In this document: positions 1 through 11,439 of the stretch, piece by piece
Numbering within the stretch: position 1 is the stretch's first letter
How the letters are laid out: each line of letters starts with the position of its first letter
DNA from: Gammaproteobacteria bacterium
Lineage (GTDB): Bacteria > Pseudomonadota > Gammaproteobacteria > JABABF01 > JAHRAO01
Assembly: GCA_020027215.1 (NCBI GenBank)
Contig: JAHRAO010000003.1
Location: 10,718-74,717, forward strand
DNA: 64,000 bases
Reading direction: 5' to 3'
Translations under genes and position numbers: made by a program
The notes under the pieces: model-generated
Database searches by the model: none
The model's input: only the letters and a program-made list of their open reading frames with translations
Told to the model about the DNA's origin: nothing

Positions 1-1
1 A

Positions 2-178
2 GCACTGGGCATAGGCCGTGGGGGCTCGATCAGTGCACCCTACATTGGTGCGATTGGGCTGACAGCAGCCTGGGGTGCGCATGGCTTCTTTTTCATCGCT
101 GCTGTGGCACCGGTGGTTTGTTTTATTGGATTGCTTTTATTAATGCTCTTTCTAAAACAAAATGCAATAAGTCGTTAG
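2..178 (+). CDS. 3' fragment (C-terminal ~58 aa) of an MFS transporter, AAHS-like. The gene starts upstream of the window.
   Basis: Frame 2 reads ALGIGRGGSISAPYIGAIGL...FLKQNAISR* with no stop until 176-178. The GIGRGG(A/S)xxxP motif matches the last TM region of the PcaK-like transporter at 5487-6803 (VIGIGRGGAMLSPILAGYL). Confidence 0.45.
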   Translation, partial: ALGIGRGGSISAPYIGAIGLTAAWGAHGFFFIAAVAPVVCFIGLLLLMLFLKQNAISR

Positions 179-233
179 ATTGACAGACTGATGACCGCCA
201 TATTTGTGAACAGAAAGTGGAATCATTCATGCA

Positions 234-1031
234 ATGGGATTGTACGATTTAAGTAAAAAAACTATCGCCATCACCGGTGTTGCCTCGGGAATTGGCAGGG
301 AAATTGCCGCTCAACTAAAAGGGTATGGATGCCACACTATCGGTTTAGATATCAAAAAAACCGATGAATATGTTGATACATTTATTCCGCTGGATCTCAG
401 TAAACCGCAATCAATCATTGATGCTGCTGCGGCAATAACAGCACCATTAGATGGACTGTGTAATAATGCTGGCCTCCCACCTCGCCCTGGTTTAGAAACA
501 ACTATCTTGCAAGTGAATTATCTGGGGGCAAAACAATTTACAACTGCCCTATTACCCCAAATGCATGAAGGAGCATCTATAGTGAATATGGCTTCTCGCG
601 CAGGACAAGGATGGCGTAATGCGATCGCACAGATTAAGGCCTTGTCCCTCGTTGACCATCATAACGCGCTCAAAACTCTCATTGACCAAGAAAAGATTGA
701 TGCAACGCGTGCCTATAATTTATCTAAAGAAGCCATCATTGTTTGGACGATGGTGGAAACCGAAGCATTACTCAAAAGCAATATTCGGATAAATTCAGTA
801 AGCCCTAGTGCCGTAGCAACGGGTATTTTGGATGATTTTGCCCAGGCTTTTGGCGATAAAATGGCTTCCAATGTCAAGCGGTCAGGACGCCCTGCCCAAC
901 CGCAAGAAATAGCTCGCGTTGTATGTTTTCTCTTATCCAATCAAAGTGCATGGATTAAAGGCACCGACATCCAGGTGGACGGTGGAATGGGCGCTTTTGC
1001 CTTTGTAGACCAAGTGTGGATGGCTTCCTAG
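234..1031 (+). CDS. short-chain dehydrogenase/reductase (SDR) family oxidoreductase
   Basis: N-terminal Rossmann motif TGVASGIGREIA, catalytic YNLSKEA (YxxxK), and a size typical of the family (265 aa). Confidence 0.8.
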   Translation: MGLYDLSKKTIAITGVASGIGREIAAQLKGYGCHTIGLDIKKTDEYVDTFIPLDLSKPQSIIDAAAAITAPLDGLCNNAGLPPRPGLETTILQVNYLGAKQFTTALLPQMHEGASIVNMASRAGQGWRNAIAQIKALSLVDHHNALKTLIDQEKIDATRAYNLSKEAIIVWTMVETEALLKSNIRINSVSPSAVATGILDDFAQAFGDKMASNVKRSGRPAQPQEIARVVCFLLSNQSAWIKGTDIQVDGGMGAFAFVDQVWMAS

Positions 1032-1034
1032 CGG

Positions 1035-1660
1035 GCTGTTTTAGCGCTCAATACGTCCCTGTTTTAGCGCTCAATACGTCCCTGTATTTCGCTTGTACAT
1101 TGGGTAAAAAACTTCGCAAGACAAGTAATGCTCGTTTTTTACCCAATGGGGCGGTGTTCCCTGCACCGCTTTCTTTGCGGGCGGTGCTTTCTTACCGCTC
1201 CCGGCGGTGCATCCTACGCCGCTTTCTTTACGCTCGGTGCGTTGCTGTATTAGCGCTCAATACGTCCCTGTATTTCGCTTGGTACATTGCCGAAAAATTA
1301 TCGCAAGACAAGTAATCCTCCATTTTTCGGCAATGAGCGGTGCATCCTGCACCGCTGTCTCTACGCTCAATACGTTGCTTTTTTTGCGCTCAATACGTTG
1401 CTGTATTAGCGCTCAATACGTCCCTGTATTTCGCTTGTACATTGGGTAAAAAACTTCGCAAGACAAGTAATGCTCGTTTTTTACCCAATGGGCGCTGTTC
1501 CCCACAGCGCTGTTTTAGCGCTCAATACGTCCCTGTATTTCGCTTGATGCATTGGCAAAAAAGTGTCGCAAGACAAGTAATGCTCGTTTTTTACCCAATG
1601 GGCGCTGTTCCCCACAGCGTTGTCTTAGCCCTCAATACTTCCCTGTATAATGAGTGACTA
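1035..1660. repeat. Tandem array of about 4.5 copies of a ~110-150 bp structured repeat. Each unit has a 35-nt direct-repeat motif GTTTTAGCGCTCAATACGTCCCTGTATTTCGCTTG, hairpin A (12-13 bp stem, conserved loop TCGCAAGACAAGTAAT(G/C)CTC) and hairpin B (GC stem with a TTCCC loop).
   Basis: Hairpin A copies lie at 1098-1149, 1287-1335, 1441-1490 and 1547-1600, with hairpin B about 1 nt downstream of each. The stems differ between copies but stay complementary (TTGGGTAAAAAAC/GTTTTTTACCCAA versus TTGCCGAAAAAT/ATTTTTCGGCAA), while the loop is identical. The ORF-track ORFs at 1016-1657 are translations of the repeats. Confidence 0.8.
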
Positions 1661-1690
1661 TTCGCCACTACGGTACCTAAGGGACGGCGT

Positions 1691-2884
1691 TTATTTATCA
1701 TTGGATGATAAAAAGTCATAATAGGTTGAGTGGGGATGAAAGCTCGCCCATGCCCGAATAAATTGTTGATAGATTTGCACGCCACGCAATTGAGTGCCTT
1801 GTAGTTGTCCCTCTATACAATAGCCAAAAATATTCCACGTAGAACGCGTATTAGTGTCGGTCAGTTGATCGCCATTAATTTCAAATTGTAATATGGCGGC
1901 GTCTATAGCCCTGTCATAGGCAAATGGAGATGAGCCATCTTCTGAACTGATTAAAAGCAGGTGATTATCGCCCACAGCGTCCATAACCATTCTCCTTTTT
2001 TTGAGCGCATCCCAATCATAAGCTTTGCTATGGCCGTTGATCTCTAACCCAATAACTAATGGCGGTGTTTTCTGTCGGTGCCATCTGGGCAGACTGGCTT
2101 GATAATTCATTAAACTGGTTAGAAAATCATACTTTTTTTGATATTGCGGATGATATTGTAGAATTTCGGAATCGGGGTACTGCGCTAACCAGTGCGCCAA
2201 TGTCATTTGTTCCATCGGTATATCTTTTAACTCGATTCCACTGAATGGCCCATTGACCGCCTCACCGGTTTCCTGTCGCCACCACGAACCAGACTGATGA
2301 TCTTGGAATATCGCATTGTAAGTAATAGCGCCTACTAAGGTAAATTCCAATGCTTGCCCATCAATGCATCGATCGTAAACGCGCCCACTGCGACATAAAC
2401 CACAATAGGTCACCCAAATCGGTTGACTGCCAATGGTGTCAGAAAGTTGATGATGATAAAACAGCATGCTGACTGGATAAGATTTCTGTACGCCATCACG
2501 ATTTAGCCCGATGACTTGCACAGATTGCGGGATTTCATTTTGTGCAGCCCTTGCAAAAGTCGGGTTGTTTAATGGAGCGAATTTGTATTTACCGATCCAA
2601 AAAAGATTAAACAACCAGTAGATCGATGCCCAGATCGTTGTAAAAATGACACTATCAATGATTATAGAAGATTGCGCCGGTAAAGACATTTGCCAGACGA
2701 GTAACAGTAAAACTGCCAGCAAAATAATTCGGATATACAAAATATTTTTCCACATAAACCAGGCAAGATTTAATTGCCAAGGATACTTTTGTAATACGGG
2801 AGGGGTGCCATTAGTGCTCAAACCTTTGATGATCTCAGCAAAAATCAAGGCAATAAATACAATATAAAAGTAGATCATAGTCAA
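1691..2884 (-). CDS. membrane protein with two tandem DUF3179-like domains (N-terminal TM helices)
   Basis: The motifs VTYCGLCRSG, WWRQETGEAVNGPFSG and WLAQYPDSEI match the TYCPLCGS / WSQ..GEA..GP / W...YPD signatures of DUF3179. A second, degenerate copy lies in the C-terminal half. Confidence 0.5.
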   Translation of the reverse strand: MTMIYFYIVFIALIFAEIIKGLSTNGTPPVLQKYPWQLNLAWFMWKNILYIRIILLAVLLLLVWQMSLPAQSSIIIDSVIFTTIWASIYWLFNLFWIGKYKFAPLNNPTFARAAQNEIPQSVQVIGLNRDGVQKSYPVSMLFYHHQLSDTIGSQPIWVTYCGLCRSGRVYDRCIDGQALEFTLVGAITYNAIFQDHQSGSWWRQETGEAVNGPFSGIELKDIPMEQMTLAHWLAQYPDSEILQYHPQYQKKYDFLTSLMNYQASLPRWHRQKTPPLVIGLEINGHSKAYDWDALKKRRMVMDAVGDNHLLLISSEDGSSPFAYDRAIDAAILQFEINGDQLTDTNTRSTWNIFGYCIEGQLQGTQLRGVQIYQQFIRAWASFHPHSTYYDFLSSNDK

Positions 2885-3342
2885 AAAATAATAATAGGGG
2901 CTACTACCCTATATTACTGCTACTGGATATCTTAATAGCATACCGCAGACAGCGGAACAGATCATCGGCAATATAAACCGCATTATCAAAAATGCCCGCG
3001 ATACATGCGCGCCCAACAACTGTATTCCACACCATTTACGCCCATACCATAACAGCATCCTTTAATGCAGTCGGCATAGCCTTGTGTACCTAATTTAGCG
3101 CTGACCACCGCCTTGCTTCAAAGGCGCAAACTTCTTGATCTACAAGGTGACTCCATGATAGATTATCTGAGTGGCCACGCCTCAAGCGTGCACAAATGAT
3201 CAATTTTGGGCAAGATTATCGGCAAAGTAACAATCGCAGTGTTTCCAAAGTACCGCACTGGCGTCTATGCTTGTCAAATTGTGGGTGCGCGTGTGATATT
3301 ATACGCATAAGTTTTACTTGTTCTGCATTGGAAGTGAATACA

Positions 3343-4518
3343 TTGAAAACCCAAATCGGCATCATTGGTGGTGGCCCTTCAGGGTTGTTATTATCACAGT
3401 TATTACAGATGAGTGGTATTGAGACCGTCGTTTTAGAGCGATGCTCCAAGGCGCATGTCCTTGCCCGGATTCGGGCAGGCGTGCTGGAGTGCGGAACGGT
3501 CAATTTACTGGAGAAAGCAGGGGCGAGTGCAAATCTTAAGCAGTACAGTGATACTCATTCCAGCGTAGATATCGTTTTTCAAGGTGAAACCTGCAAAGTC
3601 AATTTTAGCGAACTACTAAACGGGGCTAAGGTCACCGTATACGGTCAAACTGAACTGACCAAAGACCTCTATCAGGTGAGAAATAAAGCAGGAGGGGTAA
3701 TTGTGCATCATGCGGATGAAGTGGCCGTACACGCTGTCGATTCGGATACCCCATTTATCACCTATACCCTCAATAACACGCCCTGTCGTTTAGATTGCGA
3801 GTTTATAGTCGGCTGCGATGGTTTTCATGGTCCCAGCCGTCAGGCAATACCCGACAGTATTAAAACCGAATACGAGCGTAGCTACCCTTTTGGATGGTTG
3901 GGCGTATTATCCGATACACCGCCCGTATCTCCCCATTGCGTCATCTACACTTACCATCAACGTGGATTTGCTTTGTGCTCAATGCGTTCTGCCACGCGCA
4001 GTCGCTACTATATTCAGGTGCCGATCAATGCCGATTTGAACACATGGTCGGATGATCGGTTCTGGCAGGAATTAAAGCGGCGTTTGCCAAAAGATGTATC
4101 TGAACATTTAATAACGGGCCCTTCCATTGAGAAATCTATTACGCCATTGCGCAGTTTTATATGTGAGCCAATGCAGTGGAACAAGTTGTTTTTAGCGGGA
4201 GACGCCGCACATATAGTGCCGCCTACGGGTGCTAAAGGATTAAATCTAGCGGCATCCGATGTTTATTACCTACACCATGCATTTATAAAGTACTATGCAG
4301 ATGGCGATGATTTTGGTTTGATGCATTATTCAGACCAAGCACTCAAACGGGTGTGGAAATCCAGTCGGTTTTCATGGAGTCTCACCCGCCTATTACATGA
4401 TTTTTACGAGGACGATGCATTTATCAATAAGATGAGACTTGCCGAGTTTAATTACTTAAAATCATCGCCCATTGCACAAACTTCATTTGCTGAAAACTAT
4501 GTTGGATTACCTTACTAA
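3343..4518 (+). CDS. pobA: 4-hydroxybenzoate 3-monooxygenase (PobA)
   Basis: Near-colinear identity to PobA as recalled from memory: KTQIGIIGGGPSGLLLSQLL, RIRAGVLE, VYGQTE(L)T(K)DL, DGFHG.SRQ.IP, YPFGWLG.L.DTPPVS, RSATRSRYY.QVP, GPS.EKSI.PLRSF..EPMQ, FLAGDAAHIVPPTGAKGLNLAASDV, NYVGLPY. The start is probably TTG 3343 or GTG 3334, both in frame. The track ORF from 3196 is over-extended. Confidence 0.85.
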   Translation: MKTQIGIIGGGPSGLLLSQLLQMSGIETVVLERCSKAHVLARIRAGVLECGTVNLLEKAGASANLKQYSDTHSSVDIVFQGETCKVNFSELLNGAKVTVYGQTELTKDLYQVRNKAGGVIVHHADEVAVHAVDSDTPFITYTLNNTPCRLDCEFIVGCDGFHGPSRQAIPDSIKTEYERSYPFGWLGVLSDTPPVSPHCVIYTYHQRGFALCSMRSATRSRYYIQVPINADLNTWSDDRFWQELKRRLPKDVSEHLITGPSIEKSITPLRSFICEPMQWNKLFLAGDAAHIVPPTGAKGLNLAASDVYYLHHAFIKYYADGDDFGLMHYSDQALKRVWKSSRFSWSLTRLLHDFYEDDAFINKMRLAEFNYLKSSPIAQTSFAENYVGLPY

Positions 4519-5441
4519 TGAAAATATTACATATTGTGGATAAAAAAATTGTGTTACCCGCATTAATCTTATTGCTCTGGATGAGTTTTACAGGCGCACA
4601 GGCAGAAACCAAACTGATTATGTTGGGCACCGGCACACCTGTTCCTAATGCCGAGCGCGCTGGCCAAGGGATTGCCATCATTTATAACGGCAAAGCCTAT
4701 CTGTTTGATGTCGGCGGTGGTGTCGTCAAACGGTGTATACAGGCATGGAAACAAATGGGCTTTAAGTCTCTCAACCCTACAAAAATATCACATTTATTTA
4801 TCACACACTTACATAGCGATCATGTATTGGATTACCCAGAATTCGCTAATACTTACTGGTGGCGCCGCACCTCGCAAATCAATGTGTATGGTCCGGTGGG
4901 CATTGAAAAAATGGCCTGGGGGTATTACCAGATGATCCGATTCAGTATTCGCCACAGAATAGAAGGCAAGCAACCAGTCAAGAATCCAACTTTTTATCAA
5001 ACTATCCAGCACGAATATAAAAAAGGCGGGTGGACTTTTAATAAGAATGGAATCAAGATTGAAGCCTTTGAAGTGGCGCATGGCGATCTGCACCCCGCTT
5101 TTGGATATAAAATACAAACCCCAGATAAAACCATCGTCATTTCAGGCGATACGATGAAAAGTGAAAAAGTCATAGAAATGGCCACCGGTGCCGATATCTT
5201 AGTACATGAAGTGATCAGCGAAGATGGGATATCACGCATATCCCCTTTTTGGCAAAAATATCATTCCAGCTATCATACCCGTACTCCCGAGCTCGCGGAG
5301 ATCGCCAACAAGGCAAAACCGAAGCTCCTGATATTAACCCATGTCTTGCATTACACAGCCCCCGTTGAATCAGCGTTGCACGAAATTAAAAAACTGTACA
5401 AGGGCAAAGTGGTTCTGGCCAATGACTTAGATGTATTTTAA
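4518..5441 (+). CDS. secreted MBL-fold metallo-hydrolase
   Basis: Signal peptide (LPALILLLWMSFTGAQA) followed by the ITHLHSDHV HxHxDH metal-binding motif. Confidence 0.65.
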   Translation: MKILHIVDKKIVLPALILLLWMSFTGAQAETKLIMLGTGTPVPNAERAGQGIAIIYNGKAYLFDVGGGVVKRCIQAWKQMGFKSLNPTKISHLFITHLHSDHVLDYPEFANTYWWRRTSQINVYGPVGIEKMAWGYYQMIRFSIRHRIEGKQPVKNPTFYQTIQHEYKKGGWTFNKNGIKIEAFEVAHGDLHPAFGYKIQTPDKTIVISGDTMKSEKVIEMATGADILVHEVISEDGISRISPFWQKYHSSYHTRTPELAEIANKAKPKLLILTHVLHYTAPVESALHEIKKLYKGKVVLANDLDVF

Positions 5442-5486
5442 GCCAGCGAGCATGGATAGTTAAATTATCGCCACAAGAGCACAACA

Positions 5487-6780
5487 ATGAATGATCCATG
5501 GAAAATAATTGACACTACACCGATGAGTGTAGTGCAGATATTCGCAGTCAGTATGTGTATCGCACTATTAGCATTAGACGGGTTTGATGTATTATCTATC
5601 GCTTTTGCCGCACCCGGCATCACCGCAGAATGGGGTATTAATCGCGCTGAACTCGGGATTGTGTTATCCATGGAGTTAATCGGTATGGCGGTAGGTGCTA
5701 TGATATTAGGTTATGTCGCCGACCAAATTGGGCGCCGACCAACCATTATGGCGTGCCTCGTTGTAGTCGCTACCGGTATGTTTTTTGCCGCCGGCACTAG
5801 TGGTATGATAGAGTTATCTATTCATCGTTTTTATACTGGGCTGGGCATTGGTGGAATCTTAGCGACCACTAATGCGATGACCGCGGAATTTTCTAATCGG
5901 CGTAATCGCGACATGTGCGTTATTCTGATGGCAGCCGGCTATCCTGTTGGCGTGATAATCGGCGGATCGATCGCTTCGTATTTATTGATTGACTATAGCT
6001 GGCGCGCCATTTTTTATTTTGGCGCAGCGGTCACCACTGCTGCCTTGCCATTAACATGGATTGCCCTCCCCGAATCAATCGCATTTCTCAATAATAAGCG
6101 TCGCCCTGATGCCTTGCAACAAATTAACGCCACCCTAAGCCGTATGGGGAAACAAACCATAGAAGCCCTCCCAGAAATTACGGCAAAAGTCCAGACCAGC
6201 GTAGCAGAATTATTCCGTCCACAATTGCTCACCACTACAGTGGTACTGACTACAGCTTACTTTATGCACTTTATGACTCTTTATTTTCTGTTCAAATGGA
6301 CGCCAAAGATTGTCGTAGATATGGGTTTTGCCCCTTCCTTAGCGGGCACTGTCTTGGTATGGGTGAATATCGGAGGCCTAATGGGTAGTGTATTGCTTAG
6401 CCTGCTGTCGCGTTATTACCCTGTAAGAACCATGCTACTAGGTGTTATGGCGGTATCTTTCGTGATGGTGGTCATTTTCGGTATGGGGTATGACAACTTA
6501 CACCAGCTATCATTGGTCGCCGCCGCCACCGGTTTTTTTGTCAATGCGGGGGTGGTCGGCCTTTATGCCTTATTGGCAAAATCTTTTCCTGCTAATGTCC
6601 GTGCCGGTGGCTCTGGTTTTGTCATCGGCATCGGTCGTGGAGGCGCCATGTTGAGCCCCATTTTAGCCGGCTATCTATTTTATAGTGGCTATAGTTTGCA
6701 AACTGTCGCGTTTTTGATGGGGATGGGTTCCCTATTAGCAGGAATCGCACTTATTTTTCTTCGCAATAAAAAAGAGCTGT

Positions 6781-6803
<23 letters not shown>
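5487..6803 (+). CDS. pcaK: MFS transporter of the aromatic acid:H+ symporter family, a PcaK-like 4-hydroxybenzoate/protocatechuate transporter
   Basis: Twelve-TM MFS architecture with a GRRP loop motif, positioned between pobA and ligAB. Confidence 0.65.
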
Positions 6804-8986
<2,183 letters not shown>

Positions 8987-8989
8987 AGC

Positions 8990-9376
8990 ATGCCGCATCC
9001 TCCGATGATTGCACGTAGTATTGACGGTCATCAGGTCTCGGCGATTGGTCTCGGATGTATGGGATTCAGTCACGCTTACGGTCATCCGCCGCACGAAACA
9101 GAGGCTATTAGGGTGATTCACGCTGCGATTGATCAGGGGGTCACTCCCAGTCAACTGGCCTTAGCCTGGCTCCTCCATCAGGGTGAGCATATATTACCGA
9201 TACCCGGTACCACTAACGCTCACCATTTAGCGGAAAATATTGCCGCCGCACCGCTATCACTATCTGATGAACAGATTCAGCGTATAAATGCCTGCATTAA
9301 TCAGCACACAGTGAGTGGCATGCGCTATACACCCTCTGTTCAAGCCGATATAGACACAGAGGAATTTGTTCCATGA
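8990..9376 (+). pseudogene. aldo/keto reductase remnant carrying the N- and C-terminal motifs but missing about 200 central residues
   Basis: The N-terminus GLGCMGFSHAYG...EAIRVIHAAIDQG (AKR beta1/alpha1) is fused directly to a C-terminal-type segment, LALAWLL....ILPIPGTTNAHHLAENI. The catalytic core is absent. Confidence 0.5.
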
Positions 9377-9474
9377 GCCACCGTTCTATAATGCCAAATC
9401 GGCACATTAAAAAATGAGGTGGTCAGTATGTTAATTAATGAATCAAATGCTATTCAGCGAATGGGTACGGCGCC

Positions 9475-10377
9475 ATGAGCCAATTTATTAAAGATGTAGA
9501 TTGGTTAGATTGGCATCCCAATCCAGTCAAGCCTGATTTTCTAGTGCCTGAAGGGGCGGTGGATGCCCATTGCCATATTTTTGGTCCTGGCGATCAATTT
9601 CCCTTTGCGCCCCAACGCAAATACACGCCCTGTGATGCGAGTGCGGCGCAATTGTGGGCACTGCGCGATTATTTGGGATTTTCGCGCAGTGTAATTGTAC
9701 AGGCAACCTGCCATGGCACAGACAACAGTGCGATGGTGCATGCCTTACAACATTTAGGCAATACGGCGCGCGGCGTGGCCACAGTAAAAACCAATGTGAG
9801 CAACCAAGAATTAGAAGCACTACACGCTGCGGGCGTACGTGGGGTCCGCTTTAATTTTGTTAAGCGATTAGTTAATGTGCTCCCTTTTGATGATTTAATG
9901 TCCATTGTAGAAAAGATCCACAAATACAACTGGCATACCGTCATTTACTTTGAAGCACAGGACCTAACCGCTTACCGCGATTTTTTTACCGCATTGCCCA
10001 CCATTGTAGTGGTCGATCATATGGGCAGGCCTGATGTAACACAGGATGCGAGAGGTAAAGCTTTTGAGCCCTTTATCCAACTATTAGAAGAAAACAGTAA
10101 TTTCTGGTGTAAAGTGAGTGGTGCCGAACGCTTATCGGTCATTGGACCTCCTATATATGATGACTTTGTGCCCTTTGCCCGTAAAGTCGTTAAAAGATTC
10201 CCCGACCGCGTGCTATGGGGTACGGACTGGCCACATCCCAATATGAAATCCCATATGCCCGATGACGGCGAATTGGTCAATTTGATCCCGCGCATTGCGC
10301 CAACCCCATCACTACAACACCAGTTATTGGTTGATAATCCAAGTCGTCTGTACTGGGACGAGTCACCCTCACACTAA
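9475..10377 (+). CDS. ligI: 2-pyrone-4,6-dicarboxylate lactonase (LigI), amidohydrolase-2 family
   Basis: AVDAHCHIFGP near the N-terminus, WGTDWPHP near the C-terminus, a size of about 300 aa, and a position in the lig cluster. Confidence 0.75.
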   Translation: MSQFIKDVDWLDWHPNPVKPDFLVPEGAVDAHCHIFGPGDQFPFAPQRKYTPCDASAAQLWALRDYLGFSRSVIVQATCHGTDNSAMVHALQHLGNTARGVATVKTNVSNQELEALHAAGVRGVRFNFVKRLVNVLPFDDLMSIVEKIHKYNWHTVIYFEAQDLTAYRDFFTALPTIVVVDHMGRPDVTQDARGKAFEPFIQLLEENSNFWCKVSGAERLSVIGPPIYDDFVPFARKVVKRFPDRVLWGTDWPHPNMKSHMPDDGELVNLIPRIAPTPSLQHQLLVDNPSRLYWDESPSH

Positions 10378-10412
10378 CCGCAATCTATAATTCACTATAA
10401 TAAAAATGCACC

Positions 10413-11429
10413 ATGATTATTGACTGTCACGGACACTTTACCACCACACCGCCCGGAGTCGGTGAATGGCGCAACATACAGAAAAAAGCTGTCGCAGCTG
10501 ATCCAGATTTTGTCGGTGAGAAAGGCGTGATGCAAGTCAGCGACGACGAGTTGAGAGAAAGTATAGAAACTAATCAATTAAAGTTACAACGCGAGCGAGG
10601 CACTGATTTGACTATCTTTTCCCCACGAGCAAGCTGGATGGCCCATCATATTGGCAATGAACATACCAGCCGTTTCTGGAGCGAACATCAAAACGAATTA
10701 ATACGGCGCGTGTGTGATTTGTTCCCCCAAAACTTTGCGCCGGTGGCACAGTTACCGCAATCGCCTGGCGTAGATCCTTGTAAAAGTATTCCTGAAATGG
10801 TGCGTTGCGTAGAAGAAATGGGTTTTATCGGCGTCAACTTAAATCCAGACCCCTCTGGTGGTTTTTGGACGGCCCCACGTCTTGACGATAAATCCTGGTA
10901 TCCCTTCTACGAAAAAATGCAGGATCTCTCCATACCCGCGATGATTCATGTCAGTGCCGCTTGCAATGACTGTTTTCATACCACCGGTTCGCATTATCTC
11001 GGGGCAGATACCACTGCCTTTGACCAATTGATGTATTCTAATTTATTTGACTCTTTTCCCGAACTTAAACTGATCATTCCGCATGGCGGCGGTGCGGTTC
11101 CCTATCATTGGGGGCGGTTTAGAGGAATCGCTCAGGATAAAGGTTTAGGCGATATCAATGAAGTGATGCTAAAAAATGTTTTTTTTGATACTTGTGTCTA
11201 TCATCAACGGGGGATGGATCTCCTTTTGGATATTATTCCGGTAGATAATATTTTATTCGCATCGGAAATGATCGGGGCGGTGCGGGGAATAGACCCAGAA
11301 TCGGGGCATTATTTTGATGATACCAAACGCTATATTGACGCCAATCCCTGTCTAGCCACCGAAGATCGCTATAAGATTTTTGAAGGGAATGCGCGGAAAG
11401 TTTATAGCCGTCTCAAAATAGATTGGTGA
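10413..11429 (+). CDS. ligJ: 4-oxalomesaconate hydratase (LigJ)
   Basis: MIIDCHGH.TT.P, NHGTD....SPR, GF.G..LNPDP, WYP.YEK..DL..PA.IH, V.HGGGA.PY..GRF and FE.NARKV follow LigJ closely. Confidence 0.85.
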   Translation: MIIDCHGHFTTTPPGVGEWRNIQKKAVAADPDFVGEKGVMQVSDDELRESIETNQLKLQRERGTDLTIFSPRASWMAHHIGNEHTSRFWSEHQNELIRRVCDLFPQNFAPVAQLPQSPGVDPCKSIPEMVRCVEEMGFIGVNLNPDPSGGFWTAPRLDDKSWYPFYEKMQDLSIPAMIHVSAACNDCFHTTGSHYLGADTTAFDQLMYSNLFDSFPELKLIIPHGGGAVPYHWGRFRGIAQDKGLGDINEVMLKNVFFDTCVYHQRGMDLLLDIIPVDNILFASEMIGAVRGIDPESGHYFDDTKRYIDANPCLATEDRYKIFEGNARKVYSRLKIDW

Positions 11430-11439
11430 CGTTACGCCT

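Noticed and set aside
1098-1149. Hairpin A units considered as integron attC sites or retron msr/msd
   Set aside because: No integrase or reverse transcriptase gene is adjacent. The elements are arrayed head-to-tail with shared direct repeats. They lack attC R/L box organisation.
1016-1657. Three ORFs in the track (99, 80 and 105 aa) with Cys/Leu/Arg-rich translations
   Set aside because: They lie entirely within the tandem repeat array, and their translations are repetitive images of the same DNA unit. They are spurious.
1035-1660. Possible CRISPR array, because 35-nt direct repeats beginning GTTTTAG recur 4-5 times at 75-150 nt spacing
   Set aside because: The intervening 'spacers' are themselves homologous to each other, with the same hairpin and conserved loop. 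Spacing is irregular, and no cas genes are nearby. This is a repeat-element array, not CRISPR.
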